A stretch of DNA of 64,000 nt, taken from positions 682,001 through 746,000 of the forward strand of contig JASTWF010000070.1 in NCBI GenBank assembly GCA_030390025.1, read 5' to 3'. Positions 61,086-64,000 of the stretch are shown here, piece by piece (the first letter of the stretch is position 1; each line of letters begins with the position of its first letter). The stretch is from Squalus acanthias (Eukaryota). The notes under the pieces were generated by a model that was given only the letters and a program-made list of their open reading frames with translations, was not told the origin of the DNA and did no database searches. The position numbers and the translations under genes are program-made.

Positions 61086-62881
61086 CCGGTTTGATGAAGG
61101 GTTTTCACTGTTCGATATTTCTAGTAAAAGGGGGAACAAGGATTGTAAAAGTTTCTCGCTACAGAGGCAAGTAAGGATTCCTCCCCGCACGGGAGAACTG
61201 ATTTCTCTGTCGGGATCAGGTCAGTCTCGCTGGTCCCGGAGCGATCCGTTCAACACTGGGCAGTAGCGGGATCGGACAGATCAACCCAGGAGAATCGGCG
61301 CTATCCCCCCCGGGGGACACTGGACAGGGAGAGTCAGCAGACACAGCCTGGGGGAGGGGAGAGGGTCAGCAGCGAGAGAATGAGATGGAGAGAAAGTTTC
61401 TTCAACAACCATCACAGTCCCACTCACACACACGGGGCTGGTCAGTAATTGGCACTGCGCCGCTCCATGGTAAAGCGGCGGTTCTGCTCTAGAATCAGCG
61501 GGGAGATTGCGAATAATGAGCTCAGACAGTTTAAATATCGCAGCACGAAATTCAGCATAAAAGCGGTCCCGGCAAACGAATACAATCCCGAGAAGTCCCG
61601 GTGTTGCTGGCGACAGGGAGTCGATCCAACCGGTTGTGTGCTGGGACAGCGAGTCTCGGGAGGGTCCTCTCTCTCTCCCAGCCCAGAGCCGGACACCCGA
61701 CGGCTGCGGTCAGGGCGACAATACGCCACAGGAATAAAACCAGCAGCAACATTGAAAGTTGCAAATGACGGTAAATGGGTTGGGAAATCCCCCGGGGTCT
61801 CTCCCGGGGGCTCCGAGAAATCTATTTAAAATCGGGCGGTGCCGCCAAAAGGAATAATTCCAGCATACACCAAGGGAAAATGTAAGGAATAACAAAGAAT
61901 CATACAGCGCAGAAGGCGGCCATTCGGCCCATCGTGCCTGTGCCGGCTCTTTGAAAGAGCTCTCCAATTAGTCCCACTCCCCTGCTCTTTCCCCACAGCC
62001 CTGCAAGTTTCTCCTGTTCAAGTCTCAGTGTAACATAGTGACATATTCAGTGTCCACTGTCAGAACTTCACAGTGTAGCTCACAACTTTCCTCTCTCTCT
62101 CTCTCTCTCTCTGTCTCATGCCGCATCCGAATAATACCGGCGCTTAGAGGGTTAAATTACGAGGACGGGTTGCATAAACTTGACTTGTCTTCCCTTGAGT
62201 TTAGAAGATTCAGGGCTGATCTGATCGAAGTGTTTAAAATGTAAAAAAGGATTCGCTCCGATAGGGACAGAGAAACGATTTACTCCGGTCGTGGAATCAA
62301 GAACCAGGGCACACCAACTTAAAATTAGAGCCTGGCCATTTAGGAGGGAAGCACTTTTTCACACAGGTTCGAGTGGCTGAATGGCCTCCTCCTGTTCCTA
62401 TGTCACGATTTTATAAATCAGTGCTCCTGTGAGGACATTCGGCCCATCGTGATTGTACCGGAGCTTTGAATAGAGCCATCCAATTATTTCCACTCCCCTA
62501 CTCTTTCCCTAAAGCCCTGCATTTATCCTTTTCAAGCATTTATCCATTTCACTTTTGAAAGTTACTATTGAATCTGCTTCCACCGCCCTTTCAAGCAGCG
62601 CGTTCCAGATCACAACAACTCGCTGCGTAAAAAGAACACTTCTCCTCATCTCCCCTATTGAATGGGAGCAGGAAATGGTGTCAAACTTCATTTCAGCGCA
62701 GTATTATTCCCCGAGGCGCTTCAACAATTCCAATTCTGACCAGTTTAACATTTATAGGGTATAAATACATCCAACATCACAATTCACTGAATCGAGATTT
62801 CTCTGGCGCCCGGGAATGAAAGCGACTGAAAATTAATAATAATTGAAACAATGTGAATGATAGAATGAGAGAGTCACTTAC

Positions 62882-63436
62882 TCTTTACACTCAGGGCGGT
62901 CCCCGGTCCGAAGATGAATCCCGAGTCCCACACACCACAGTAATAGACGGCGGAGTCACCGGGCACCAGGGTTCCGATGGTCAGAATGTAACTGTTACCG
63001 GAGGCGTCTCTGGAAGGTTGCAAACGGTTTGTGAAGAGGGGGCCTCGGTTGATGGTGCCATCGGTACCCTGATAGAGCACCCACAACGGAGCTTCACCGG
63101 GTCGCTGTCGGTACCAGTTCACGTAATATCTTCCCACAGCCGCGTTCTGCAGCGCACACTGTAACCGTGCGGTCTGACCCGCGGAGACAGGATCGGATAG
63201 TGGGGACTGATTGAGGACGGGAGCCGCCAGGACACCTTCAATAAAAGGAAAAAAACAACCCATTCAGAGACTTTGAGCAAATAGGACGTTAATGCGTCAA
63301 TAAACACGGAGAGAAAACAGCCCGATTCTCGGTATTGAACCGATTTAGATGCGGATAAACCCGTGACTAAAACCATCCGTCTCTCACCCGTTAAGTGGAT
63401 CAGCAGAGCCCACAGGAGATGCATCGCTGGAGCCAT
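62882..63436 (-). CDS. Ig light-chain leader (63436-63388) and germline-joined VJ exon (63235-62882), cluster 3
   Basis: ..QCALQNAAVGRYYVNWYRQ..YYCGVWDSGFIFGPGTALSVK; intact. Confidence 0.93.
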
Positions 63437-63554
63437 TTCCTCCGGAGAAGCGCCAACAGCCACCGCCCAAATTTCCGACTGAACCGAGCGCTGTTCCTGT
63501 AAACTCCGGGACACGGTCCTGTTACAGTGTCTGCAAACCCGAGACTCCGGGTCT

Positions 63555-63576
63555 ATTTATTACCCGGTATGCAAAT
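63555..63576 (-). promoter_or_regulatory. IgL promoter 3: octamer ATTTGCAT (63576-63569) and TATA-like element
   Basis: Perfect octamer at the same distance as in cluster 2. Confidence 0.85.
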
Positions 63577-64000
63577 TGCTGGGAGGGGCCAGGAAAAGGA
63601 AGGAGGCAGATTTTTAATGCGGGACTTTTATTCAAATCTATTTGTGCCTGACTAAACTTTTGCAATCTTAAACCTTCGATTTACAAATGTTTAATCTCCA
63701 AATGGAGTTTCTGTTAAGGCCCGGTTCAGGGATTCCGAAGACTTCAGCGTTTAATGAATATTTAATGTATGTTCTACCCCAGAAAAATGAGGGGCGGATT
63801 GTAGGGATACGGATCAACTGATGCACTTCGGCCAGAATCGTTCTGATAACGAGCTGTTACTCTCTGATATACTGCATCAGATTTTAAAATCACCTTTTCC
63901 CCTTCAGTACATATTTCGTAATCCACTGACGTCGCTTTCTCTAACTCAGCAGCAAGACAACCCCGGATTTGTCAATCCCTTGAAAATTGGTGTTTCAATT

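Overview
Cartilaginous-fish (shark-like) genomic DNA, rich in CR1/L2 LINEs, Deu-type SINEs, Penelope-like and Harbinger-like relics, with one 180-N gap (33111-33290). The unique sequence is an immune locus. (1) Two convergent, non-rearranging antigen-receptor-like genes, each leader / VJ / C1 / TM / cytoplasmic tail ending in a tyrosine inhibitory-type motif: gene A on + (11783-26187, 343 aa, ILYASL) and gene B on - (36793-29715, 301 aa, TLYAHL). (2) A decayed inverted paralog at about 6850-10900 that combines a gene-B-like promoter/leader with gene-A-like 3' exons. (3) Three tandem germline-joined Ig light-chain clusters of the sigma-cart (type I/NS5) kind on - (42444-63436). All three leader and VJ exons are intact, but all three C exons are disrupted or deleted. 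Exon structures were assembled by eye from splice signals and reading-frame continuity; no database searches were run.
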